Virus record (IMG/VR): IMGVR_UViG_3300006919_000037
From: a virus
Taxonomy: Duplodnaviria; Heunggongvirae; Uroviricota; Caudoviricetes
DNA: 64,000 nt
Reading direction: 5' to 3' (one strand)
Below the pieces are notes generated by a model, which saw nothing but the letters and a program-made list of their open reading frames with translations, ran no database searches and was not told the origin of the DNA. The translations under genes and the position numbers were made by a program. Positions within the stretch are counted from its first letter, which is position 1; each line of letters begins with the position of its first letter. This document shows, piece after piece, positions 38,655 to 46,854 of the stretch.

Positions 38655-38985
38655 TAGTTGGTGGATTCTGTTGCTAGGTTCCACCGGACCCCCGTACTCA
38701 GGATTCTAACCACAAAGGGTTAGGCAGCAAGAGCCATAGGTGCAAAGTTATCGTTTGCATTTGTTTTCTAGCCAGTCGGCCAACCAGTTAACTCCAGTTA
38801 CTCATTACTCACCTAATCGATCCTGTTTCATCCCCATCAAGAGCACATCAGTCATTTTACAAAACTGTCTAACATCGAGAGTGCTTTGTTCTACAGCCAA
38901 CACTTCAATGTGCTCATGGTGGAGATGTGGGGTACTGCCCCCCAGTCTTAAGTGCTTTTTGTTTCCTTCAACGTTAACAAGACTA
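38655..38985 (-). ncRNA. ssrA: Circularly permuted (two-piece) tmRNA
   Basis: Acceptor piece ending GAC-TGGGG-GGCAGTA-CCCCA-CATCTCC-A-CCA (3' end 38917), spacer, then coding piece starting GGGGATGAAACAGGATCGA (38835) with G3-U70; tag ANDNFAPMALAA* at 38758-38720; outer ends approximate. Confidence 0.92.
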
Positions 38986-39010
38986 TTTATGGCACTTCTC
39001 TGAACGAATG

Positions 39011-39322
39011 TCAAGAACTTTTTTCAACTTCCATCATGTCATAATCACGACCCGTGACAGAGGTTCCATCCATATTCCAACGATAATTACCACAATCGGT
39101 CACAAAACCATCGGAACATGTATCGTCTTCAGCAGCTTCAAATTCCGGTCTTACCCAGAAACCACATCGGACTCTGACAAAACAACCTTTGTTTTTAATG
39201 ACATAGTTGGTGAAATCGTTCATTTCGGAAGATGGTTTAGTGGCTGGATTTTTCAAGACAGTTCCTTTCATAATACTCTTCATATGTTTCGTCCAAAAAT
39301 ATTTCTCGGAAATTCTTTCCAA
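39011..39322 (-). CDS. Hypothetical protein
   Basis: ORF track; start uncertain (overlaps the upstream ORF). Confidence 0.5.
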   Translation of the reverse strand: MERISEKYFWTKHMKSIMKGTVLKNPATKPSSEMNDFTNYVIKNKGCFVRVRCGFWVRPEFEAAEDDTCSDGFVTDCGNYRWNMDGTSVTGRDYDMMEVEKSS

Positions 39323-39965
39323 AACGAAATTCTATTCCTTCTTCAACAGTGACTATGGTTAGATTTTTGATCATCTCTTTGAAGTCTCCGAAGTAAGGAA
39401 AGATAACATCTTTGAAATACCGGTTCTGTTCTATATGTAACCAAGCATTGAATACGTAATCAAACCGGTCAATATCCCTCTCGTGATCCGGAAACGGCTT
39501 CAGGAAAAAGTAGAACAGTGACTCTGTGACATCATACTCTTCATGTTTCACTATTTTCTCACGTGGGACCCCACCAAGATGTGTCACCAAACCTCTTTTT
39601 TCAAGGCACTCCACCCACCTTCGTTTGTTTCTCTTGATCCGTGACTGCATCTTCTTTGCATCGGCTTTGTCATAAAGCCCGGTTTTGTTGAAAAAGTTCT
39701 CATCCGGATAGAGTGGTTCATCATCCGTGGTGACTTCCACGATGGAACACTTACTCCCGTCGATAAGAGCAGCCCTGATGGCATAAAGATCAGCAGATGC
39801 ACGGTTATTGGTCAGATATGTGAAACGGCTGTCAGAAGGGTTCTGATAAGCTCTATACCAGTTACCCAAACCCTTACGTGGTTGGATACCTTCATTTATG
39901 ATAGAGGCTGTGTTGGCTGATGAAGTTCCGTGCATCAAACTGATCGTGGTGTTGACGGGTATCAT
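39237..39965 (-). CDS. Putative ADP-ribosyltransferase-fold protein
   Basis: LMHGTS..SIINEGIQP...TYLT...YA...IVEV..LYPDE pattern of H-type ART/Tpt1-like folds. Confidence 0.45.
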   Translation of the reverse strand: MIPVNTTISLMHGTSSANTASIINEGIQPRKGLGNWYRAYQNPSDSRFTYLTNNRASADLYAIRAALIDGSKCSIVEVTTDDEPLYPDENFFNKTGLYDKADAKKMQSRIKRNKRRWVECLEKRGLVTHLGGVPREKIVKHEEYDVTESLFYFFLKPFPDHERDIDRFDYVFNAWLHIEQNRYFKDVIFPYFGDFKEMIKNLTIVTVEEGIEFRFGKNFREIFLDETYEEYYERNCLEKSSH

Positions 39966-40291
39966 GCTTCACCTACCAAGAATGCAATGTGATCAATATC
40001 ACCTTTGTCCAGTTCTGTACGGAGAACATCATTGATTTCCGTATACCGTCCCTTGGCATCTACACGGGCATCCAGAATAACACCATTTTGAAACAGTTCA
40101 CTCCCCTGTTCCACCCGTACATGAATCCAGTATTTGTTATCACTGGTCCGTGAGATTTCAACATCACCACCGGGAAAACCGATAATGGTGTATGGTTTCT
40201 CAGGTTTGATTTTTGGATCACCATGAAGGGTGGTCTTCCCACCAATCTTGACTTTGTTGTTTTCTGTTCCCGGTTGTGAACGTAATGTCAT
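39962..40291 (-). CDS. Hypothetical protein
   Basis: ORF in an ATGA-coupled chain. Confidence 0.65.
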   Translation of the reverse strand: MTLRSQPGTENNKVKIGGKTTLHGDPKIKPEKPYTIIGFPGGDVEISRTSDNKYWIHVRVEQGSELFQNGVILDARVDAKGRYTEINDVLRTELDKGDIDHIAFLVGEA

Positions 40292-40629
40292 GCTCCAAGC
40301 TCCTTGTTGATCTTGGCAACTGGCAGACCGGCAAACCGGATGACCTTACCATCACCATTGATCTTGAACGACCCGGCAGGCACCACCATAGTGTCTGTCA
40401 CTTCAACGTTACGGGCTTCCCAGTAGGATTTTTCCTTGGCATTCAACTGACGTTGCACGGTTCCGGCAACCCCACCATCTGGCTGATCCTTCCGGCTCAC
40501 TTCAAAGAACCCAGTCAATCCGTTTGGAAACTTGATGCTGTTTGAAGAACCATCACCGGCTGAGAAATTCTTCTGGATCAGTCCCAGAGTCTCATCAGCT
40601 TTTACAGTCAAACCATATCCCATTTTCAT
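40288..40629 (-). CDS. Small early protein
   Basis: Start moved to ATG 40629, after the SD in the promoter cassette. Confidence 0.7.
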   Translation of the reverse strand: MKMGYGLTVKADETLGLIQKNFSAGDGSSNSIKFPNGLTGFFEVSRKDQPDGGVAGTVQRQLNAKEKSYWEARNVEVTDTMVVPAGSFKINGDGKVIRFAGLPVAKINKELGA

Positions 40630-40630
40630 A

Positions 40631-40693
40631 TTCCTTTCTTCGTGTTTCTCTCTATACCCAGAGAATGCCACAAGGGCTGACCGGAGTCAACCC
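40631..40693 (-). promoter_or_regulatory. Repeated early promoter + leader cassette, copy 1
   Basis: TTGACT(40690-85)-17-CATTCT(40667-62), then GA-rich leader AGAGAGAAACACGAAGAAAGGAA. Confidence 0.85.
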
Positions 40694-40929
40694 ATAAAAC
40701 CTTTCAGGGTTTGTTCAATTGACAACTCATCAATTTCCCTGAACATGATGTCTTCTGCATCTTCTGCAAACTTCCGGCTCACATTGATTGGATCAAGAAT
40801 GTTGACTTCAATCCACATGAGTCCATCAACATTTTCCAGATGTTCACGGACATCACCAAGTGTGAGTTTCCGGACCTGTTCAAGAATCCTCTTGTTCCGG
40901 TCGGCTTTTGTGTCATCCAGTGGTTTCAT
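40687..40929 (-). CDS. Small early protein
   Basis: ORF in a coupled chain. Confidence 0.65.
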   Translation of the reverse strand: MKPLDDTKADRNKRILEQVRKLTLGDVREHLENVDGLMWIEVNILDPINVSRKFAEDAEDIMFREIDELSIEQTLKGFMG

Positions 40930-41150
40930 CCTACAAGACCCCTGTGTTCTGCAAATGCTTTTGCACCATCAATTGAGATGTGTGATCCAAGATCGTCCAA
41001 GACCTTACTACCCTTGTCGAGAACCCACATGGAGTATTTGTCTTGTGGACCAACCATACCGGTTATGTCCCTATGGGTTACAACGAAAGTTGTGTTGTTC
41101 TTCCCACGTGGGTCTTTGTACACAACATCATCCCAGTTGAATTTGCTCAT
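40926..41150 (-). CDS. Small early protein
   Basis: ORF in a coupled chain. Confidence 0.65.
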   Translation of the reverse strand: MSKFNWDDVVYKDPRGKNNTTFVVTHRDITGMVGPQDKYSMWVLDKGSKVLDDLGSHISIDGAKAFAEHRGLVG

Positions 41151-41311
41151 TTGAACCTCTTCGTGAGTGTGATGGTTTCAGCAGGACCATAGAGTTTATC
41201 CAACTCTGCTTCAAACTGATCAATCTCTTCCGGACCAATCCCTTCACGATACCCGTACAATCCGGGATTTTCGTGTATACGTTTGTTCTTCTTCTCTTCA
41301 ATCTTACTCAT
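41147..41311 (-). CDS. 54-aa early protein (below track cutoff)
   Basis: MSKIEEKKNKRIHENPGLYGY...; ATGA overlaps at both ends. Confidence 0.6.
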   Translation of the reverse strand: MSKIEEKKNKRIHENPGLYGYREGIGPEEIDQFEAELDKLYGPAETITLTKRFK

Positions 41312-41484
41312 GACTGCTCCCATTCGTAGGTTCCAACCTTGTTACCGTTCATATCGTAGACACCACCCTCAGTGATACCATTTAGAATGTTGTTCTTGAG
41401 GTGTGAGAGGATACGAGCAATCTCCAGATCACCCAGACCATCCTGAAAAGCATCGTTTCCGGTATCAAATTCAATCTTGAACAT
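41308..41484 (-). CDS. 58-aa early protein (below track cutoff)
   Basis: MFKIEFDTGNDAFQDG...; directly after the cassette SD. Confidence 0.7.
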   Translation of the reverse strand: MFKIEFDTGNDAFQDGLGDLEIARILSHLKNNILNGITEGGVYDMNGNKVGTYEWEQS

Positions 41485-41489
41485 TTGGT

Positions 41490-41553
41490 TTCCTTTCTTC
41501 GTGTTTCTCTCTTATGACCAGAGAGTGCCACAAGGGCTGACCGAAGTCAACCC
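41490..41553 (-). promoter_or_regulatory. Early promoter cassette, copy 2
   Basis: TTGACT-17-CACTCT plus the same leader. Confidence 0.8.
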
Positions 41554-41561
41554 TTTTCTTT

Positions 41562-41741
41562 TCAGGCTGGAGCAAACAAGTTCCGGAAACCACCCATGGC
41601 AACATCATAGGCTTCCCGGACTTCGGTTCCCACCCAACCGTCTCCATCATCATCCAGATCATGCTGGATGTTTTCGAGTGCAACCAAAGTGTCCTGACCA
41701 TATTCGTCATGGATAATCTGAAGGGCTTCTGTAAAAGTCAT
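41562..41741 (-). CDS. Small acidic early protein
   Basis: MTFTEALQ...; start set after the cassette SD. Confidence 0.65.
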   Translation of the reverse strand: MTFTEALQIIHDEYGQDTLVALENIQHDLDDDGDGWVGTEVREAYDVAMGGFRNLFAPA

Positions 41742-41748
41742 TTTGGAG

Positions 41749-41813
41749 TTCCTTTCTCTCTGTTTTCTGACTACACATACATAATGCCAGAAGGGCCGAC
41801 TCATGTCAACCCC
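41749..41813 (-). promoter_or_regulatory. Early promoter cassette, copy 3
   Basis: TTGACA-17-CATTAT plus GAGAGAAAGG SD. Confidence 0.8.
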
Positions 41814-41831
41814 TAATTTTCATTCCATTGG

Positions 41832-42080
41832 TTAAATGTCATCATCATACCCTTTCAATATTTTGATTGTTGCACCCTTCCAGTATGTGGATACGATTTT
41901 AATGTAACCCTTTTTTTCCAGACCTGCAAGAGTGGGTTTTTTGGTTGTGGTCACTGCTTTACGAACGAAGCTACTAGGAACATTGGCAGTGGCTTGGCTG
42001 GTGAGAACCCAAACTTCTTCACCAACATGGTTGGAAAGAGTTTTCATGGTCTCAATCTGGTTGGGTGAAAGTTTCGTCAT
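41832..42080 (-). CDS. Small early protein
   Basis: ORF after the cassette SD. Confidence 0.7.
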   Translation of the reverse strand: MTKLSPNQIETMKTLSNHVGEEVWVLTSQATANVPSSFVRKAVTTTKKPTLAGLEKKGYIKIVSTYWKGATIKILKGYDDDI

Positions 42081-42088
42081 CGTCTCGT

Positions 42089-42151
42089 TTCCTTTCTCTT
42101 GCTTCTCTCTATACCCAGAGAATGCCAGAAGGGCTGACCGGAGTCAACCCC
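42089..42151 (-). promoter_or_regulatory. Early promoter cassette, copy 4
   Basis: TTGACT-17-CATTCT plus leader. Confidence 0.85.
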
Positions 42152-42157
42152 TAATTT

Positions 42158-42427
42158 TCAATGTCCGGAGACTTCCATACCCATCCGGACAAAATCCATC
42201 TTCATCTCCTGCAAGGCTTCAATCCGTTCACCCAAGGCAGCAATGGCAGCATCCCGAACTTCTTCCGAATTGTGGCAGGTCTGGAAATTCCGACCGTGGT
42301 AAATGTCCGTGCTGTAGAGAGCACCAACAGCATCTTCCAACTGGTTGGCAATGTTCATGATCTGATTGACCAGATCACTTTTGCTGTTACCGTTCATGTT
42401 AACTACCGGTGGGACCAAATTCTTCAT
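42158..42427 (-). CDS. Small early protein
   Basis: MKNLVPPVVNMNGNSK...; start set after the cassette SD. Confidence 0.7.
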   Translation of the reverse strand: MKNLVPPVVNMNGNSKSDLVNQIMNIANQLEDAVGALYSTDIYHGRNFQTCHNSEEVRDAAIAALGERIEALQEMKMDFVRMGMEVSGH

Positions 42428-42432
42428 GGGGA

Positions 42433-42495
42433 GTTCCTTTCTCGTGTTTCTCTCTATACCCATATAATGCCAGAAGGGCTGACCGGAGTCAACCC
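42433..42495 (-). promoter_or_regulatory. Early promoter cassette, copy 5
   Basis: TTGACT-17-CATTAT plus leader. Confidence 0.85.
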
Positions 42496-42501
42496 TTTCT
42501 T

Positions 42502-42882
42502 TCACGAATATTTGAGGGTCACACCAAAGGCACCCTTGAACTTTTTCAGCAGGGCTTCACCACTTTCCCGGTGGATGCTTCCGGCTTCGATGGCTACGTT
42601 AACAGAGTGTTCCAGTGCTGCAACATCCCAAGCAGTCAGTTCCACTGTGTCGGGTTTGACTGGGTTCTGGTATGGTGTGTGGAAGGAAACCTGTGCTTCT
42701 GCATACCGGGTTGCTATGTCAAATGTATCATACTGGGCTTTATAATCACCATCAACCCACAGTTCATACTTATCTTTAGTGTTCTTGTTGATCTTCACTG
42801 GCTTGTGTGCATTGGTTGCTACCCAACCCTGTTTCAGGTCAATTCCATGTACTATTTGATACTCTTCAAATTTCATACCCAT
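42502..42882 (-). CDS. Small early protein
   Basis: ORF after the cassette SD. Confidence 0.7.
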   Translation of the reverse strand: MGMKFEEYQIVHGIDLKQGWVATNAHKPVKINKNTKDKYELWVDGDYKAQYDTFDIATRYAEAQVSFHTPYQNPVKPDTVELTAWDVAALEHSVNVAIEAGSIHRESGEALLKKFKGAFGVTLKYS

Positions 42883-42889
42883 TTCTTAG

Positions 42890-42949
42890 TTCCTTTCTCT
42901 CTGTTTCTCTCTTATAACTAGATAATAGCACATGGAGACATGGAGTCAA
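42890..42949 (-). promoter_or_regulatory. Early promoter cassette, copy 6 (diverged)
   Basis: TTGACT-16-TATTAT plus AGAGAGAAACAGAGAGAAAGGA leader. Confidence 0.7.
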
Positions 42950-43317
42950 GTGATTTCTTCACCATATGTTTTCAAGAGGATTTTACGGGCAGCTTGGACA
43001 GATTCATTATCCTGATGACCCATGGCAGTCTTTCGGATTCTCTGGTAGTGGCTTGGTGGTTTGATCAAACCTTGTTCCACCCGACCAGCATAAACATCCC
43101 TCAACAGGTCACGGGCACGTTGCAGTGCAGCATCTTTTTCTGCTACCAGTTGGAGATGACGTTTCCGTGATCTTTTCGGCACATGTGCAGCACCTGAATG
43201 GAGACCGGCATCACCCCATGATGGTGCAAGACCACGTTGGGTAGCAAACTCTTCAAATGTCAGAACTTCACACATCTTACAGGTCTCCCAGATCATAGTA
43301 ACCGATAGTTCCATCAT
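42946..43317 (-). CDS. Hypothetical protein
   Basis: ORF track. Confidence 0.6.
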   Translation of the reverse strand: MMELSVTMIWETCKMCEVLTFEEFATQRGLAPSWGDAGLHSGAAHVPKRSRKRHLQLVAEKDAALQRARDLLRDVYAGRVEQGLIKPPSHYQRIRKTAMGHQDNESVQAARKILLKTYGEEIT

Positions 43318-43555
43318 CCTTGTGATAGTCGGCTATCACTTTGGAAGAACCAATGTTCCGGAACACGTTCAGGGACTTGAAGTCAATATCCGTACTCGAC
43401 ACATAGGCTTGTGACCCATAGTCAGGACCATCAACACCCTTCCGGACCTGTTGGACTGCATACTTCAGTGCAGGTTTCAGGCTCGTGTAGAACCGGGATA
43501 GACCATCTGTACCATCGGCAGGCTCAACACGGATAATTGGCTTGTTCAGTATCAT
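43277..43555 (-). CDS. Hypothetical protein
   Basis: ORF with AGGA SD. Confidence 0.65.
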   Translation of the reverse strand: MILNKPIIRVEPADGTDGLSRFYTSLKPALKYAVQQVRKGVDGPDYGSQAYVSSTDIDFKSLNVFRNIGSSKVIADYHKDDGTIGYYDLGDL

Positions 43556-43573
43556 AACTTGTTTCCTTTCTAG

Positions 43574-43753
43574 TTACACATACTCATTCTTGTCATAAAA
43601 CTCATCAGCTTCAACAAACTTGATGAAGTCACCATCTTCCAGACTGGATACCAGACCGGATGCATATGCACGGGCAGCTTCCTTTTCGTTGAAACCCTCA
43701 CGGGAAAACAGGTCTACTGCTCCATGATGCTCAATGTAAAATTTGAAATCCAT
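43574..43753 (-). CDS. Small early protein
   Basis: MDFKFYIE...; downstream of a TTGACA-16-TATTGT promoter (43807-43780). Confidence 0.65.
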   Translation of the reverse strand: MDFKFYIEHHGAVDLFSREGFNEKEAARAYASGLVSSLEDGDFIKFVEADEFYDKNEYV

Positions 43754-43806
43754 AATGTGTCCTTTCCTCTTATGTCTACACAATAGCATATCTGAGATTG
43801 GTGTCA

Positions 43807-43850
43807 ACAAAAAAACACCCCTATGGAAATTAATCCAAGGGGTGTCAAGT
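43807..43850 (-). terminator. Terminator hairpin closing the ncRNA island
   Basis: ACACCCCT-TGGA...TCCA-TAGGGGTGT followed by T7 on the minus strand. Confidence 0.7.
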
Positions 43851-43895
43851 TTCCTAGAGGGAGAAAGGACAGAAAATACCTCTAGCTAATAGGGT

Positions 43896-43986
43896 TGGTT
43901 GTGTGTTGGAGTCGAACCAACATCTTTTGATGATTAGAGAAAGGATTAGATAATCATCAACTGTCTTCCATTAAACGACCACAACC
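43896..43986 (-). ncRNA. tRNA-like element with a 10-bp arm replacing the anticodon arm
   Basis: Acceptor GGTTGTG/CACAACC-A; D-like GTTT-AATGGA-AGAC; TTGATGATTA/TAATCATCAA stem with 14-nt loop; T-arm TGTTGG-TTCGACT-CCAACA; no encoded CCA. Confidence 0.55.
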
Positions 43987-43997
43987 ATAAATTCTTT

Positions 43998-44135
43998 ATC
44001 AAGTGCTTTGAAAGGCTACCCCGGCTCTCGACTTCCGGGCCATCTGATCACTGTTTTGTTCACTTAACCACAAGGAACTTCACGGTGGTGGTTATCGACG
44101 GGGGCCAAACCCCATAACCCATCAAAGCACTTGAT
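43998..44135. ncRNA. Candidate multi-branch structured RNA
   Basis: Perfect 14-bp inverted repeat ATCAAGTGCTTTGA/TCAAAGCACTTGAT enclosing three hairpins. Confidence 0.5.
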
Positions 44136-44187
44136 TTGTTCTTTCCTTCTTTCTTGATTACAGTTCTACCTGAACATTCTCAAAGAG

Positions 44188-45138
44188 TCAAGAGTTTTTT
44201 CCAAAAATGTTCAATTTTTTTCCATCCCTTTGAACTGTAACGATAAATTTCTCATCCTGCCTGATTTTATACAGGGTGGATTTCAACACCATCACGTCTG
44301 TCAACGGCTTACCATTGATAGAATGGATGATATCACCGATCCTCATGTCTATTTTACTTGCCAGACTGAACGGCACAACCACCTTGACATACAAACCCTT
44401 GTCACTATCGAACTGGATTCCAAGAATCAGGTTCTTAATCTTCTTATGTTTGATCAGGTCATGGATACGGGTTCTGAGATAATCACCATCAATAGAGAAT
44501 GGGATGTTGCCGAATCTGCCTTTTGTCTGATCAGCAACATTCACCATTGTATTCATGGCTACAACACAATCGTTTTTTACGGATATCAATGGACCACCAG
44601 AATTACCCTGAAGGATTTTCGTGTCGGTCTGGACCAATGGTACGGATCGTCCTGATCCGGCAAACCTGTCATAACCGGACACAATACCACGTGTGATCGT
44701 CCAGATCAAACCCCATGGGTGTCCGATACCAATTACATCCTCACCCAGTACAATCTCATCACGTCTGCAAAATCTCAGAACTCTGGGGGGATTTTTAGCA
44801 TTCTCACCAACCAACCGGACCACTGCAACATCTGCATCTACATCCGTAGCAACAACCGGCACCCGGATTTTCTTCCCATCTTTACTAATCAAGGTGACAA
44901 CCTTTGCATTCCCAACAACGTGGGCATTAGTCACAACATATTCCTTATTGAAAAGGAACCCCGTGCCCATTCCAACACCCTTCTTACCTTCTTTATTGAT
45001 ACTTTCACTCTCTACGAGATAAACAGAGTTGACATTCCTTTTGACAAGAGACTCCACTGTATTTTCGTTCAACAGGTACAGTGTTCCAAATATCATGATC
45101 ATGACGGTTAGTGAGAATGTGATGAAAACGTTTTTCAT
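44188..45138 (-). CDS. HtrA/DegP-like serine protease with PDZ domain and N-terminal anchor
   Basis: VTNAHVV (His), DADVAVV (Asp), GNSGGPL (Ser), GDIIHSING PDZ, hydrophobic N-terminus. Confidence 0.9.
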   Translation of the reverse strand: MKNVFITFSLTVMIMIFGTLYLLNENTVESLVKRNVNSVYLVESESINKEGKKGVGMGTGFLFNKEYVVTNAHVVGNAKVVTLISKDGKKIRVPVVATDVDADVAVVRLVGENAKNPPRVLRFCRRDEIVLGEDVIGIGHPWGLIWTITRGIVSGYDRFAGSGRSVPLVQTDTKILQGNSGGPLISVKNDCVVAMNTMVNVADQTKGRFGNIPFSIDGDYLRTRIHDLIKHKKIKNLILGIQFDSDKGLYVKVVVPFSLASKIDMRIGDIIHSINGKPLTDVMVLKSTLYKIRQDEKFIVTVQRDGKKLNIFGKNS

Positions 45139-45782
45139 GGTGGTTCTTTCCAGCTAGTGATTCTTTTTATGGCTTCATCCTTGTAGTCCAACACCTGACC
45201 TTTGAAAATCTTGGTGTAGTTCTCTTCCAACGAAGTCATAGGGATGACGATGTTCTTTACAAAGCACCCTGTCATCTCATAATACATCAATGAATAGGTT
45301 GTGGCTTGGATGAAATAGTCATCAATCCATTCCCGTTTCTTCATCTTTCTGGAATTCTTGAAATCGATAATTGACATATCAACGTCAAACAATCCGATAA
45401 CATCAACCCGTCCAGCCGTCTTGAGTCGTGTTGACCACAATTGAACTTCTTGGGTGAAAGGTGTTATCCTGTCCAGAACCGGTCTTATATTCATGAACAA
45501 AGATTTGGTGAAGGGATCGTCTTCAAATTCAACGTCCTCATATTTCAGATAATTCTCACAAGCTGTGTGTAGCTTCTCACCATTGCTACCGGCTCTTTTG
45601 GTTATCCTATCGGCTTCCTCATCACCAACCCTTTTTCTCCAGTTCTCCAGACCAGCCTTTGCCGATTCTGGCTTTGTCTGTCCTAAAATGGTGGTGACAG
45701 ATGGAACCCAGTCACCCGTAGGCAACTGGTATTCCCTGAAACCCTTGTCGTATCTCACATCAAGTGTTTGCTTCTTTAACAC
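45135..45782 (-). CDS. PD-(D/E)XK exonuclease (T4-like phage type)
   Basis: PSVTTIL, GEKLH.ACE, AGRVD, IIDFKNS, YFIQ..Y. Confidence 0.8.
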   Translation of the reverse strand: MLKKQTLDVRYDKGFREYQLPTGDWVPSVTTILGQTKPESAKAGLENWRKRVGDEEADRITKRAGSNGEKLHTACENYLKYEDVEFEDDPFTKSLFMNIRPVLDRITPFTQEVQLWSTRLKTAGRVDVIGLFDVDMSIIDFKNSRKMKKREWIDDYFIQATTYSLMYYEMTGCFVKNIVIPMTSLEENYTKIFKGQVLDYKDEAIKRITSWKEPP

Positions 45783-45785
45783 GTA

Positions 45786-46469
45786 TCATCCTGACATTTC
45801 AGTTTTTGTAATGATGTAATCCTTCACCAACCCGGACCTTACAATGTCTTCCTTGGTGAATTCAACATACTCAAAATTCTTCATCCTCTTAGTTATATTT
45901 AGAAACTGTTTCACCCCAGACAACTCTTCTGACTTTTTTAAGTCAGTTTGCCTGAAATCACCAGAGAATATGATTCTGGATGTGTCACCCATCCGGGTTA
46001 TGACAGTATCCAGTTCAGAGAATGTCATGTTCTGGATTTCATCAACAATCACTATGGCCCTTTCGAATGTCATACCTCTCAGATATGACGTGGTGGTAAA
46101 CTCCACCATCTTCTTCATCTTCAGGACTTCATAGCCATCACCTCTCCCAAAGAGATCATCAGCAATCTGTTTATACGGCTCTTCAAATATCCGTGATTTC
46201 TCACGTATTGAACCGGGTAGAAATCCCATGTCCCGGCTGGCCACAACACTTCTCACGATGATCACCTTATCAAACTCAAAGGATTTCTTGGTTATCAACT
46301 CTTCCAATGCCAAATACAACGATAGATATGTCTTTCCCGTTCCTGCAAAGCCGTGTAGGACCACATTAAGACCTGAACGGTATGATTGCATAGCTCTCTT
46401 TTGATTGTCGTTCATGGGGCTTATATGGGACATTTCAAAATGCTGCTTGGGTTTGTTTCTTTTGGCCAT
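45786..46469 (-). CDS. phoH: PhoH-family ATPase
   Basis: GFAGTGKT, MGFLPG, YLRGMTF, IVDEIQN, IIFSGDFRQTDL, DIVRSGLV; start reset to MAKRNK. Confidence 0.92.
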   Translation of the reverse strand: MAKRNKPKQHFEMSHISPMNDNQKRAMQSYRSGLNVVLHGFAGTGKTYLSLYLALEELITKKSFEFDKVIIVRSVVASRDMGFLPGSIREKSRIFEEPYKQIADDLFGRGDGYEVLKMKKMVEFTTTSYLRGMTFERAIVIVDEIQNMTFSELDTVITRMGDTSRIIFSGDFRQTDLKKSEELSGVKQFLNITKRMKNFEYVEFTKEDIVRSGLVKDYIITKTEMSG

Positions 46470-46504
46470 GGTTGGTGTTTCTTTCCTTTGGTTGGCTATA
46501 AACG

Positions 46505-46536
46505 AAAAAAGGCCACCCACAATAGTGGATGACCTT
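46505..46536 (-). terminator. Rho-independent terminator
   Basis: AAGGTCATCCAC-TATT-GTGGGTGGCCTT followed by TTTT. Confidence 0.7.
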
Positions 46537-46564
46537 CAGACGATACTAAAAATTACTTGTTGAC

Positions 46565-46825
46565 TTATACTCCCCGTGGGACCACGTATCTTCGTTCAAG
46601 GTTGTTTCCTCTTGGATGAGCTTCCTTCACCTTACCCATAATATCTTGCCGGAATGCTAGGTCCGGTTTGGTTACACCCAGACTTACTGGGTCACCTATA
46701 TTTAGGGAAGTGAAGATTTGTTCAACCTCTGGATGTTCCTTGATATATGTCTCTCTTTCAGACATGGAGAGGTTCAGATTGTACTGAACCCCGGTCTTCT
46801 TGTTTTCGAATGAATAGATCGGCAT
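46565..46825 (-). CDS. FmdB-like small protein (conserved in T4-like phages)
   Basis: MPIYSFENKKTG...YIKEHP...MGKVKEAHP. Confidence 0.7.
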   Translation of the reverse strand: MPIYSFENKKTGVQYNLNLSMSERETYIKEHPEVEQIFTSLNIGDPVSLGVTKPDLAFRQDIMGKVKEAHPRGNNLERRYVVPRGV

Positions 46826-46854
46826 GTTTCACCTTCATGGTTTATGATACTGAT

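Noticed and set aside
40631-42949. CRISPR array interpretation of the dispersed about 60-bp repeats
   Set aside because: The spacing is hundreds of bp and contains ORFs; the repeats are promoter/SD cassettes; no cas genes are seen.
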